A stretch of DNA of 64,000 nucleotides from Glaucostegus cemiculus (Eukaryota): NCBI GenBank assembly GCA_976551045.1, contig CDPCPM010000125.1, forward strand, positions 1,550,001 to 1,614,000, written 5' to 3'. Below the pieces are notes generated by a model. The model did not search any database. It was not told where the DNA came from and was given only the letters and a program-made list of their open reading frames with translations. This document shows positions 43,501 to 57,800 of the stretch, piece after piece. Both the position numbers and the translations under genes were made by a program. Within the stretch, counting starts at the first letter, position 1, and each line of letters starts with the position of its first letter.

Positions 43501-45780
43501 AATTGACTATTTAATCTGCGGTATTTGACTGCCTCCTGGAACGACGCTTCCAGGTAATGTATCCCCTTCCTTGGCGCATTGCAATTTCCTAATCTTAGAT
43601 TCCAGCTCATCCACTTCGAGCCGAAGTTTCTCAAACTATGGATATTTACTAAAGATTTGGTCACCGCTGATCCCTGCGGTTTCCATCAGCACTGAAAACC
43701 AAAGTGGCAATCTCTTAACTACCCTTATTTGAGTTTACTAAAGCATTTAAGTCAAGCAATGTATTTCATCCTGTTACTGTTGTCTTCAGCACAACGCAGT
43801 CTCTTACTCAACCAGGTCCATACCTCATAGTCACGTCACTCAATGGATGATGCGCTAAAAACATGTGATTGTAGTTGGGACAAAATATTTCATTTGCAAG
43901 ATATCGTAGTTTTTGTTTCAATTGATTCTAATTAACTACTTACTAGTGGACTATTTTCTTCTTGTACCACGCCGGTTAAAAGAAAAGGAAGAAAAATTAA
44001 CTATGACAATCCTGGAAGCAAAGTCCATTCACTGAGAAGGCTGCACCCAGAAAACTCTCCATTGTCAGCAGGCTGTGCGTCATGACTAACTTTGTTTTGG
44101 GTGACATCAAACAATCGTTACAGCTGGTTAATAACCATTAATTTTCAATTACACTAATAAGTGGACCACTCTTATCAGTGTAATTGAAAATTACAAGTTT
44201 AAGAAAATGCAACTTTAATATTAAATAGAACAAATGTTTCAAGTTGAAAATAAGGTCATCAATGGCAATATTTCATAGATGGTGCTCTCGGAGAACTTTT
44301 GTGTTTTAAGAAAAGGCGCTGTTCTTCCGTTATTCTGTTCAGTTCATCCCATAAAAATGCAAAGCCGTGGGCACATGCATGCTGAATGATAGATCGAGTG
44401 TTTTCTATTTTCTGGTTGTGCTGTTTATATACAATTATATTAAATGCACGAAACTAAAGTATGCTAATTGATCCGATTTATGTCTGCGAGTTCTCGAATG
44501 CAATCAACCATTCAATCTCATCTACCTGCAACTGCTACAAGTTTTCAAGTTTGGTTTTCAAACTGTCTATACTCTTCCGTTCAACTGTCTCATGTAGGAC
44601 CATTTTCAAATAACTTCAGGATAAATAATTTACCCAACATCCTTCTGGATTGGTGAAGACACCTTTCTAGATCATATAATAATACTCCTCTGTTAGAAAC
44701 ATGTTTTGTTTCTTGTACATCACCCATGCTTTAACAACCCCTATTAATCTTTCCTTTGGGTTGTCCTTGTGCATGGAAAAGGATCCTGGTTCTTTATAGT
44801 TTTTATTATTGTCCTCACAGTTGTATGCTTATGCTGCTAGTATGGCAATGGAATTAAATTCTTCAGAAAATTATCACCAGAAAATTGCGAGTATAGAAAC
44901 TGAGAACGGATGCAATGGGTCTTTTTCCCTTTTAGGAACGAAAGACGAATTAAAACTAAGGCTTCGTTCTAATGACAGAAGGCTTTGTGCGTAGAATTAG
45001 AGAGAACTTCTCCACTTGTGTGGTATAAATCAAATAGAACTAACGAATCTGCCAGAACCTTCAAGGAAACAGGGACAAAAATATCGAGAAATAAATAGGA
45101 ATCTCTGGCATGCGAAAACAACAAAGCATGTAGGATAGATAAATTTCGCAGCACACTGCAATCGCATGTGAGGAAAGAGAAAATAAGGGGATATGATGAG
45201 AGATTGATGTGATGAAAGGAAATGCACAATAGGGCATAAATGCCTCGATGCTCTGGTTGGTCAGATTGCCAGATTCTGCGCTGAATATACAAAGTTATCA
45301 TGTGATTTACATGTTCTTAGCTTGTTTTAGCTAAATTACAAGTATTTTTCTATGCCACGATATGTGCATAAAATGATGTTAGCAACTGTTGACAGATCTT
45401 TTCTCGTCTCAATAAGTTTTTTTTTCAATTTCAGAAAATGAAGATCTTTCAAAAAATGTGAAACAGTTGGGTGAGAAAATGACACATTTCTTTATTTATT
45501 TGGGTGATTATCGAAGGTACAGAATAATACTGAAAGGTGGAAACCAAGATTACAATTGGACAAATCATTAGAGTCCATGGAAGAAAACATATAATGGAGA
45601 AAACATTAAAATCTGGTACGGAAAATGCAATTGCTAAGGAAATACTGGCTAAATAAAAGAATAATCTGAGATACAACCAGTTCAAAATGTAGAGAAAGTT
45701 GCATAGCAGAACATGGCGAGATGACTGTAAAGGCAGAGAAAAACACGATGTCACGAGAAAGGATATCACTTCTGAGATGG

Positions 45781-45859
<79 letters not shown>

Positions 45860-48800
45860 TGTGTCTTTCTGTGTGTATTTGGGAGCAGGAATATGTGAAG
45901 GGGACATGTTTTATTTAGATTGTGATTCTTTCTTCTTCATTCCTTTCTTTCATTGCTTACCTCCTTTCTTTCCTTACTTTTTTTCTTTCTTTCCTTGTCT
46001 TTCTTTCTTAGCTTTTTTCTTTCGTCCATTGATTCAGAAGAGCATCAGGATAACTAATGCATGGCGACGCCGTCAGAAAGCATTTTCTTGAAGATACTTT
46101 TTGATGTTAATTCTACTTCAATAATTATTTGAATCTGAGTTTATGTTAAATATTACTTCAGATTATTTCAGCCGTTTGCAAACAGGGAGAGAGGGAATTG
46201 CTGCCCCTCTATCAATCCCACTCCTTTTCTCCTTCATATACTACATGCACATGTTGTGACTTCAAATTAAGCAGAAATTTGTGTCGACTCCCCTCGTTTC
46301 TTCTGCTTCTTATTTAATATGACGTGCACCTGTGGAGGATGGTATCTCGCCCCTATGCATATGGTTGTGACAATAAAATGATTCTGATTCTGATTCTAGT
46401 TGCTGGGATGTAATTCACGATGTGAACACAATGCTGGAAGTTCGGGTTTTTTTAATCGACTGTTTTCCTGACTATTTTATGTGCTTCCCACAGAGGAAAC
46501 TTTGCATTCGAAAGAGGAAGGTAACGCCCTCGAAATTACTATGATTGCAAACAACAACGATTCTTTTTCATAGAGCGAAAGAGGAGACCTGTTCAGAACA
46601 AAGTGATACCTCGAGAAAAACTATAAAGCATATCCGAAGTGCAGAACTCCAAAATAAAATTATCTGAACTTGATTAGTATAGAGGGCAAGTAAATTTGAC
46701 TCCCTGGTTTTAAAAACCAAGTAGTGATGAGACTGACATGTGCAGGTCGGTTAGTTTAACTTTATTTGTATGAAAGCTTTTAGAAGCATTGATCCGTGAT
46801 AGAAATAATAGTCACCTGGAGGAAAATGAATAAATTTAAGTAATCCAGCGCAACTTTACAGGGGAAATCATGTTTAACGAACTTTGCAGAATCTTTGGTG
46901 AAGTAACTGAAAGAGACCATGACGATAACGCATACGGTGTGATGTGCTTGGGCTACCAAAAGGCATTTGATAATGTGCTTCATTCCAGGCTTACCAGTAA
47001 AATTGATGTGGATGGTAAAGAGGGTACATAGATAACTTGGCAGGAAGTTGGCTGAGTTAGAGGTAATAGAGGCTAGTAGTGAACGGTTATCTTTTTTTTG
47101 GACGAGCGGAAGGTGAAAAGTCTCATTCTGCATGGGTTGCTGTTGGGACTTATGTTTTTTTTTGTGTATTAATGACCGAGGTTTAGGCTTTCGGTGAAAT
47201 ACATAGTTTCTAAATTTTGTTGATGTCACTGATCTTGTCAGTGTTTTGAACTGTGAACGGGATAGTGATAAACTGCAGCAGATTGTAAACTGATTGTATA
47301 AAATGGGACAAATATATGATATGTGTAAATATGTGGTTGATTTTCGGCGGGGATTTGGTGGGTCGAATGGCCTGTTTCCATACTCTATAACTCCATGTGA
47401 ATGGGCAAACACGTGGTACGTGGAGTTTGAGGAAGAATGTATTTAGCGGTAATATGAAAAACAAAAGTGCAGGAGAAGCAGAAGGGGCTGGGGCGTGGAC
47501 GCACAGGTCATTGAAAGGGGTTGTGCTGGCTGACAAAATGGTTATTAAGTTGCACAATTACAAGCGTTAACAATAAACACATTAAGTATAATATGCTGAA
47601 GTCATGCTGAAACTTATAAAACACTGATCCAGCCTCATCTGGAGTTCAATTATGGTCACATCATGAAAGGGAGGAGGTGGAGACAATGGAGAGAGTCCAG
47701 GGGAGAAGCAAATGATTCCTCAGATAAGGAATTGCGATTTCATAGAGACTGGAGAGAATGGAGCTGATTTCTTTGGAGAAGAGAAGACCATGGATGAAAT
47801 GTTGGAAGTATATAAAACGGTGAAGATTATGGACAGAGTGTATAGCTGAAATTTGTTAACGTCAGTGGAAGCATAAAGAGTTAGATGTCACCGAAATAAA
47901 ACGAAGGGTAAAAGGCTGAAGATTGACATGAAAATGTAGTTTTAATGCAGCATCTAGTTGTAATTTGGAATGTACTCCCTGCAGATGTGGTGGAATCTCT
48001 TCCCATCGCTGCACTGCTGACTTCAATAGAAAATTCTATTAAAATGGGAGGTGGAAAATATGTACAAGGCTTCATCGAAGAGCTGAGGTGTGAAACTAGA
48101 GAGCTGTTTTGATGGGAACTTGTGCCGATGCAATGAGCAAACGAACTCCTAGTGTGTTTTGTCTATTCGGAAATTCTCTGATCTGGTCCCTGACCGACGT
48201 CAAAAAGAACCGTGGGAAACGGTATTGGATATTATCGATCAGTTTTGTGTCAAAGAATGCAATCCCAAAAAAGGAAGTGGAAACTGATGCCCAAAGCAAA
48301 AAAAAAATTGAAACAGAAAGAACTTGTGCTAAGTGCAGCAAAACATTGTTGCAATACCATGAGGAGAAGCACAGAACAATCTGAAAATGGATAGGAGGTT
48401 CAATTGACCAGCCTCTGCTGCCGTATATCTGGCGAGCCTGCATGTAATTCATTATATATGCCCATCAACAAATTTTTACTCTGATGAGTTCAAGGCAATA
48501 TTCATGAATTTGTGTAACTTTCGAGTAAAATGGGGTAAAAAAAATCTGCTGGGAAACTGCAATGTTTTCCTGTCACATCAAAATTAATATTATCTGAAGG
48601 CTGATTGATCCTGTCACAAAGAAATATGTCTGATGGTGGGTGGAGTTTAATCATCTCAATCATGAGATATCTCTGCAGGAGCTCCTCGGGAGAGTGTCCT
48701 CGACCCACCGATTTTCAGATGCTTCTTCGATGACCTTCTTTCAATGATAATGTCAGAAGTGGGAATGATCGCTCAGGACTGCAAAATGTTCAGCCTGACT

Positions 48801-51800
48801 TCTAAGATAATGAAGCAGATCGCATACAAATTCAGCAAGGCCTGGATAACATGCAGGCTTGGACTGAGGGGTAGCAAGTGACACTCGCAACACACAAGTG
48901 CCAGGCTAATACGATATGCAACAAGAGAAAATCAACGGCATTCAGTTGCATTCTCATCGATGAAACTCCCACTGTCAATGTCCTGAGGGTTAGCCATTGA
49001 CCAGAAACGGAAACATAATGTACCACAAAAACAAGTCGGAGGTTTGAAATCCTGCGGCAATTAATTCAGCTCCTAACATCTTCCCCCTCCCCAAGTCTGT
49101 CCACCACCTCCAAGGCTCTAGTCAGAATCAGAATCAGAATCAGTTTTATTGTCACAACCACATACATACAAAGTATGCAGAGGAGCGATATACCGTCCTC
49201 CTCATGGTCTCGTCCCATACAAAAAAAAATGACATAACAACCAACAGAGACACATACACACTTGGCAGAATACATAGTATAGATCATTACACCTTAAAAG
49301 CTAAGGGGATTGAACTTAAATTCAGGATCGATTTTCACTTACACATATACATGTGCAAAAGACATCAAAGACAACAAAGGACACCTGGACAAAAACATCA
49401 AAACATTAACAGCCCCCCTGCCTCACCCCGCACCGACGACCACCTCCAACCCCCCCAGTCCTACAACCTCAGGGCCCACAGACCATCAACAACCCCCGGC
49501 CCACAGTCCGACCACCTCCGGCCCACAGTCCGACCACCTCCGGCTCCTTCGCCTCCGGCACCACCTCCAGCCCACAGTCCGACCAGTCAGGGATGTGATG
49601 GAACACTCTCCACTTGCCTGGATGGGTGCAACTTCAACAACGCTGGCTGAGCTCGACACCATAGAGCACATAGCATCCCACGGCAGGCATCCCATCAAAA
49701 ACTATTCAGTCAACACCAGCGACGAATAATAGCAGCAGTTTCTGGCATCTAAAGGATGAAACTGCAGCAACTCACCCAGACGCCGCAGACAGCACTTTCC
49801 AAACTCACGACCTCTGTCAGCTAGAAGGGCAAGAGCAGCAAAAGCACGGGAACACCATCACCTGTAAGTTGCCTTCCAAGCCACACGCCATCGTAACTTG
49901 CAAATAAATCGCCATTCCTTCATCGTCCTGGGTCAATAATATGGCTCTCACTCGCTTACAGCAATGTGGATATACTCACACTTCAAGAACACAGCTCACT
50001 ACCACCTTCTGCAGGACAATTAGGGCTGAGCAATTAAATGCTGGCTCAGCCTGAGAAGCCCACATCTCTTAAAAGAATACAAAAAGAATGTATGAGCTGA
50101 ACTATGATTATTAAAAATGGGTATTCAATTTAGCTGGAAGATTTGAACATTTGAAACTTAATACAACAGATGCTCAATATCTATTTTTACAATTGTTTTG
50201 ACATAATAATTATTTCTGATACTGCATTTAGTGTCTGCGTTCTCTTTTACATAATGCTTGTATTATAATTTTTACTAAGGGTTGAGTTGCTTAAATGTTT
50301 AATGCATTAACACAATTGCGCTATGGGTATCCTTGCAATTATTAGATTTTGTTTACTATCAATCAATGATTTGGCATGATTTTGCTTCAGCTCTGTTATT
50401 ATTACTATTTTTACTCTGGTTTAGAATTTTCCAAGTGCAGAATTGATGGTGAGTAGGCTGTCATTAAAGCAGGTGGCTTTATTTTTTGGGAAATTGCCTT
50501 GCGTTCAAAGTACCATTTGCTGATAATAGATTTTCGTTACAAATTAATGTAATCACAGAAACTTTAGTACCATACCTGTTCTGCTGATAGTCCAACTTTA
50601 CCACCCCTATTAGCTGCAGGCAATAAACGTGGAGTTGTTAAAGTGGCCCTCAACTGGCAAATGAACAAACTGGCTTCTAAACTACCATACTCGAAAATCT
50701 GCAGGGCAATAGCGGATTTAGGTTTCACCGTCTTAACAATCATAATTTCACATTTGTAACTAAGAATAATGTAAAGGCTGGGGCCTGTTTTCCTTAAATT
50801 CAGGTCAAATAGTTTCTTGTCAGCGAAGTTTTTCTGCATCTTTTAATACCTCGATCAGATTATTTTGATGATTCCCTTCATGAGATATTTTCTCTCAAAT
50901 TGATCTTCCAAATGATCGCTTTCATTCCCGAGAGCCTGCTCTGAAGAACTTCCAATGCAAATGGTTCCTTCCGAATTGAAATTGAGGAGAGCATACATTT
51001 ACACACATTTGGGGAAACTTTTCCCACAGTAGAGGTATATAAATCTTCAGAGCAAACATTTCTTCTTGAAGTTACGGAGAGCATACATCTGGAAGTTATG
51101 ACTATCTTTTCTCAGTGTGGACCGATTTTTCAGCACTGGCACGTTCAGGTTGCTATCCAACTTCCTTCTCTTAAATGATGTAACTTTTCGGAAAATAATA
51201 AATTAAAAGGAAGTCAGTCCGTGCAACTGAGAGTAGATATTGGCTTCACGTTGGTTGTCCGCCATACGTGCCCCCCACCAACCCCACCCCCGCCCGGTGT
51301 TCTGTTCTTAGAGAAAGTAATAAAGTTCTTATGTGCAGCCCTCTAGAAATGAATTTCCAACGGAAGTTGGATTTCGACAACAATTAAACGTCCTTCATGT
51401 ATACTTCTCTAGTGTTAATATTGAAAGACCCGTTCAAAATGTGTAAGTTCAATTGCGGATGTAATGAGCCAAGAAACAGAGAAATGACTCATTACTTTGG
51501 GCTCTCACAGCATATTTCCTGCGCATCGAAAGGCATGCAAACTCGGCCCCCATAAAAAGTATGAGGGACATAGATAGGGTAGTTGGCAGGAAACTTTTCC
51601 CCACAACAGAGGCATATAAAACGGCAGGGCATCGGTTTAGTGCAGGAGGTAAAGATAGAGTTTAGACAGGGGCCGAAAAGGACGCCATTCGCACAGAGTG
51701 TGATTCGAAGTTGAAACGCACTCTGGGAGGGTGGCGAGGGCAGTGTTTCTCATATTTTAAATGTCTAGACAAGCATTTGACAAACGACAAGGCAAAGTAG

Positions 51801-54800
51801 AAGTACTAGTTAATAGTATTTGGAAGGATTGGTACAAGATGGATGGCATGGGCATCCGAAACCGAGGATTTGTTTCTGTGCTGTGTAACACGACGACACC
51901 ATGCCTCGGGAACCCATGCTCAATAACGCGAACTTCACCAGTCCACGCAAAGGTGAGAATTTTCAATAAGTGAGAAGGAAAACCGGACGGTGTTTCAAAG
52001 GAACGGGGACCGGTAAGAAGATTCACTGCGTCGTGGTTGCTGATATCTCTACCATGCGTTCCCCTTCAAGTTTCTTTTTCAAAACTTATCATGTCGCCAT
52101 GGAATGTTAGCTATGTAATGCATTCCTAATGGCTAAGTTATTCGAACCCCAAGATAAAAATCTGAAATGACATTTATCCTCCAGGTGATAAGCAATCAGG
52201 TGTCTATTTGCAAACAATTACTGCAGTAAAATGTTAAAGAAATAACTTATCGACCTTTGTTCTCCACTGCCTCTGTCTGAAGTTTGCACTGATTTTTTGC
52301 GATGTTGCAGATGAAGAATTACGTGAAAAAGATGGAGGTGATGTCACGGTTACAATTTTAAAACTCTAGAGTTATGAATTAAAACAGTACTTTCAGTATC
52401 GAGATCCGCACTGAATGCAGATCGTGTCTCTCAGTGTTGAGTCCAACTTCCTCACTGCTGACTGTGGTTCCTTTCTTTACCTTCGGTGACGAGCTGAAAT
52501 TTCCCTATCAAACAGTTTATAATATAGTAAAAATAACTCTGTGAAATAATTCATGAGAAAAGTTTCGAAGAGTTTTCAAATTTCTCATGTTCGTAAGCCT
52601 TGCATTCTGGTGTTGTTATATATGTATTATTTTCCTTGATAAAATCAACATTATGGCTATTAAATGAACACGATAATTTAGGAAATGCGTTTGCATTTCC
52701 ATCCAGGTCTGGATAATGCACAGCAAGCGTCAATTATTCAACATCTTGAAAGGGAGTTGAATAAATGTTAAATACATCAGTACGTGTGATGTCGTTGACG
52801 TAGCAATAAATACCACATTGAAATTAGGTGCTTTAAGTTCCACATGTGCTGCTGTTTATTTGCGCAAAACGTGAACTGTAAATCGGAAAATATATCTTCA
52901 AAATCAAGAGCAGCATCATACCTAGAATCCAGAGGAAGCACCACTGATTTTCTTTAATTTCATATTGCGTCTCAGGTCAAGCTGATGGGGCATAATCATC
53001 GATTCGAGCATAACAAGACGAGAGATGGGGGATTCTGAGCCTTAAAATGAGGATGGTAATCTGGCGACGCTGCATGGAACCTCCAGTGAATAAGCAGTTC
53101 CTGGGTTTACCCCTGCACACTGCAACGTATTTCAGCAGTGGAGAGGGGGTGCAGGTGTTCAAACACGAGAGTAAATGATCTCTTGCTTCTCTTGCCTCGG
53201 TTGTTAAATACCATTGTGCTCAGAAGAGTTCTGTAAACTATTAACCTAAAGAGTTGGTCTGATATTTTGTCTGAAGCCTCATGTTTATGCCAGAGATAGC
53301 TGGCACGTTTACTGCGCCCGGTTGATTTGAATAGGCTAAGTGAAAAATGGATGCTAGGCCCAGGACTGGACAATATGACTGTTCGTGCCTGCTCGGGCAA
53401 TCATTGCGATCATGGCAGATCATCGCTCTCAATACGCAACTCCTGCTTTGTTCCCAAACTCCTTGAAACCCGTTATTGCCAGAAATATACATTTCTTTTT
53501 CTTAAGTAAAAATAGCAATTTTTCCTCTCGATAGCGAATTCAACTGTTTAATTTGCTTCTGTTCAAAACAAAAAGGTCTAATTTCAGCCTCTAACGTAAG
53601 ATTATGGCCCCACGTTCTGCATCTCATAGCCCCATGTTCCATCTGTCCACCCAAGTGAGAATGCTGTACACTTCTTTTACACCCGCTCTTATTCTTCTTT
53701 ACTGCAATGAATACAAGCATAGTCGACCTAGTCTCTATTCACAGGACGGTCCCACCATCTCAGTAAATCAGTGTGGTGAACTAGGCCATATCAATAGCAA
53801 GAATATCCCTTCCAAGTTAAGGAGAACGAAACTGTGCAAAATACTCCAAGAGTAGTCCCGCCAATGCTCTGCGACAATCATGTTTGCTCATATATTCAGG
53901 GATTTACAAATCACAGAGACGAGCCCTTTGGTCCAATGTCCATGCCAACTAAGGAGCCCACATGAGTTAGTTCCAATGCCTGTGTTTGGTCCATAGCCCT
54001 CTTGACCTTTCCTTTCCATATACCTGTCCAAATATATGTTAAACCTTCTAGTTGTACCTTCGTCTACCATCTCCTCTGGCAGCTTGTTTCATATACCCAC
54101 CACCCTCTGTGTGAAAATCTTTCCCCCATGTGCCCTGCAGTTCTTTCCCCTCTTACCTTAAATCCATGATATCGAGTTTGAGACTCGCCTACCAAGCGAA
54201 AAGGACCGTGACAATCCATCTGATCTATGTCCTTCAGAATCTTATGAACCTCCATAAGGTCACCACTCAAAGTCGTTCGCTCCAAGGAAAGCAGTCCCAG
54301 CCTATCCTGTCACTCTTTATAATTCAAGCTCTCCTTCCTCAGAAACATCTTTGTGAAACTTTTTTGCACAACCTGTAGCTTATGGCACATATTCACTCAT
54401 CAAGCCTTGCCGGACGTTTTGACATAGATTATCAGTTAAGCTCACATTCCACAACACTGAGGTCCTTTTCTCCTTCAGCTCTTTACCCAGCTTCCTTTGG
54501 AGGTTCCCGATGAATCTGCTTCCGGTACCCCTTCAGGATGCATATCTCAGTATATTTCCCTTCACACAAAAGCCAGCTGTTTCCACATTTCTCCTCCACT
54601 CATTCCGGCTGAAGAGACAGTGAGGTCTGTTGTGGAAAACAAAAGTGCAAGGAAAGGGACCACGAGTCTGTCAATCGGGCACTTGAGCCTGCATTGTCAC
54701 TCAGTAAGAACACAACTGGTTCTGAACCTCATCCACTCTACTATCCAATTCCCATATTCCACTATTATCCAGCGCCCGAAATCCTCTGTGGTTGTATCGT

Positions 54801-57800
54801 TAAGAAACAGATCGATTTCCTTACAATGCATTGTCAAATGAAGGATAGACTTACAATTCTTCCTGATCTTCATTTCCCTTAGCTTCACAAACGACCAGTG
54901 AAATGCAGGGACCATAAAAGTCAGCCTATACACAACAAGCTCCAACTACCAGCAATGTGTTATGTTTTAACTTGCCAAGGCTACTCCTCCAAGCCCAAGT
55001 CCTCTACACCAAGGGGGACAAGGATAGAAGGTGCATGGAATACGACCATCTGTGGGTTACCATTTAAGTTGCACACCATCTAGACAAAGAAATATATCAC
55101 CGTTCCTTCATCTGAATCCTGGAACTCCCTCCCCACAGCTCTGCGGCAGCACCTCAAGAACCAGTTTCAGGGGCAATTAGAAATAAGCATCCAGCAATGT
55201 TCAGTTGGTGAACAAGGAATAACTAAACGAAATATCTGGGTTTTGCTGAAGTTGGTTCAGGGATAAATATCGAACAGAACATCTTGAAATGCATTCAGAT
55301 GTTTTTGCGACCATCTGAAAGTACAGATACCTTTTCCTCTCATCTGCGGGTGCAATGCCCACTCATCACCAGCCCTTCCACAGTGCGGCGCTCCGTTGGA
55401 ACTGTCCTGCAATAAGGTTCGGGAGTTTTTTGCTCTAATGTGAGACTTAAACCCACAATCTTCGGTTGGTGTCTAGAGTGGTAACCACAATGCAATCCCC
55501 TCCCCAGAATAAAATCAGTTATTCCACTGAATTTCATGCTTGACTAATTTTCTGAACAGGTTATACAATTCTAGTTAATTGCTCCGAAACATAAACCAGA
55601 CTATGTCTTCTCACACTGTACATCCAGACATATCATATAAGTTACAGCCATCGCAAGACCACCCTCCCTCGCTACTGACACAGGGAGGGAATATATTTAG
55701 TTTAGTGTCACAGTTCTTCCCGTAAAATCGCTCAGCACTGTAATTAACCATGATACGTGGTTCAAAACTTAAATTGGAAAGCGAATTACGACAGTTGCTG
55801 GAAACATTCAGCAGGTTGGGTGGCATCTGTAGAGAGAGAAAAACAGAGCCAACGCTCCAGTTCCACACCCGTCTCCATCAAAACTGAAAGGAATTTATTG
55901 ATTCATGTGTGGAGCCTGGGGAATTACGAAGAGGTTGAGCGCTGTGGTGGAGTGGAGAGCGGGAAAGATTAAATGGTGAAGGGGTGATTGGCCTTCGTGA
56001 GAAACAATAAGAATGGAACGGTTAAAGAAATAATGTGAGAACGTAACCATGTTCTCCACGTAGCAGTGGCGGGCAACTGTTTCCATCTACATTTTCCCGG
56101 TTGCAATGGGAGGTAATTGACGCGAAACATCAACTCCGTTTCTCTCTCCACAGATTCCCGCCCAACCCGATGAATTTTTCCATATCCAAAAATACAGAAT
56201 TCTCGCTTTTATAAAACCACAATTATGTTCTGATTTAACATCTGATTTGAACTGACCCGGGAATGTGATTGGCCTTGAGGAACTAATTGTGCATTTCATT
56301 GGCCTTTCCCTTCATCTTCCTCTGAATGATTGTGACTTCTGGGAGTAGAGGCAACTGACCAACATCTAATCCAATGTGGCAGCCGTCGGTGTGGAGTAAC
56401 TCACAAAAAAGACCTGCATTGTTTGAAACAAGACTTTAGCAGTGAGGCGGAAAGATGTGGGGAGCGGGGTCGGCGGATCCCAAACTTCCAGATAACGATG
56501 CCCTGGAGGACAAATTCAAGAACACGCACAGACATGGACGTCACAAAGACATGAATATGTATGCTCACACATAAAGACACAAGAAAAATTACATACACAT
56601 AAACGCAAATATACAAAGATATAAACAGACACAATCACATGCAGATGCACAAGACCTGGACACATACATGTAGACACACATGGTTACACGTACAAAAAAA
56701 TCGCAGTCGCACAAGTACATATATACCTATAGAAAATCTCAGACACACAGGCGTGCACACAGACAGACACAAAGATATGCTCGAAATCACATGCCTTCTT
56801 GTGCTTGTTCACGTGTATGTTTACCTTCAACAAGTAGTGTATAAGAACACATTTTACATCAATCCAGTTTTAATAGTGTGCTATCTCACTTTTTTCACAA
56901 TTAACATGGATTACATCACATTAATCCACAAAATGAAAATCATTAATTTTCCAGCAAATGCCAGAAATCTGAAGCAAAAATACTGGAAACTCTCAGCAGA
57001 GGGAGCCCAGCTAATGTTTCATATCAATAAAATCTTTCCTCTCTCTGCGTGTCGAGCTTTCCAGCATTTTCTGTTTATGGTGATCCTCGTCACGATGTTT
57101 TACCTATTCATTCAATCTGATTCGTCTTGAAGCCCTTATTTTTATTTCAATGTAAAGAAATAGGTCATAAGCCACTTGAGAGCCCATAAATAGATCAACA
57201 GAAGGAAGACCATCATCCTCGACCTCGGGGGATAGGCATGATGCCGAAGGAAATAGAATCATCATTAACATGATATTGTCTTCCAGCACAAGAAAGGGAG
57301 ATCCACTGCACTGTAGCAGGCTATTGTCTCCGTTCCTGAGTTGTTCTGCGTTAGCCCTTTCTGTGAAAGTAAATGCTAGACAACAGACCGGTTTGTGCCT
57401 GACGTCCAATCGCGTCAATTGCAGATGTCCACCTGCCAAAATAACCTGACAAAGATTCAAGCGCCCTGACCTCTATAATCGGTGGTCCTCACTCCGAGTG
57501 GAGAAGGATGTGAGTGAAGATTACGTGTCAGGCAGCAGGGTCGTTCGTCCCTGGCCCTGGACTATCCTGAAGTCCTTTGAACGGATGCCCTTAAATGCCT
57601 TGATAATCAAAACCCTTCAATGACGGTTGAGTTGTGTGTAAATAAACTTAGCAATACCAGTTCTTTTAAGAGGGAGTTAAGGAAGTGCACCTTGTTTAAT
57701 TCAAATTCCTTAAAATATAGTAAAGTAAAATACATAAAAATAAATCACCCCACCCAGTGCACTCACCACTTAATGTAGAGTTGCTGGATCATTTCAAATA

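Noticed and set aside
49497-49584. Spaced ~21-bp repeats, superficially CRISPR-like
   Set aside because: Only three copies, mostly tandem, in eukaryotic retroelement context with no cas genes.
51942-51952. cag|TCCACGCAAAG|gtgaga as a possible filler for the short exon 25
   Set aside because: 11 nt, so it would shift frame; 12 nt would be needed.
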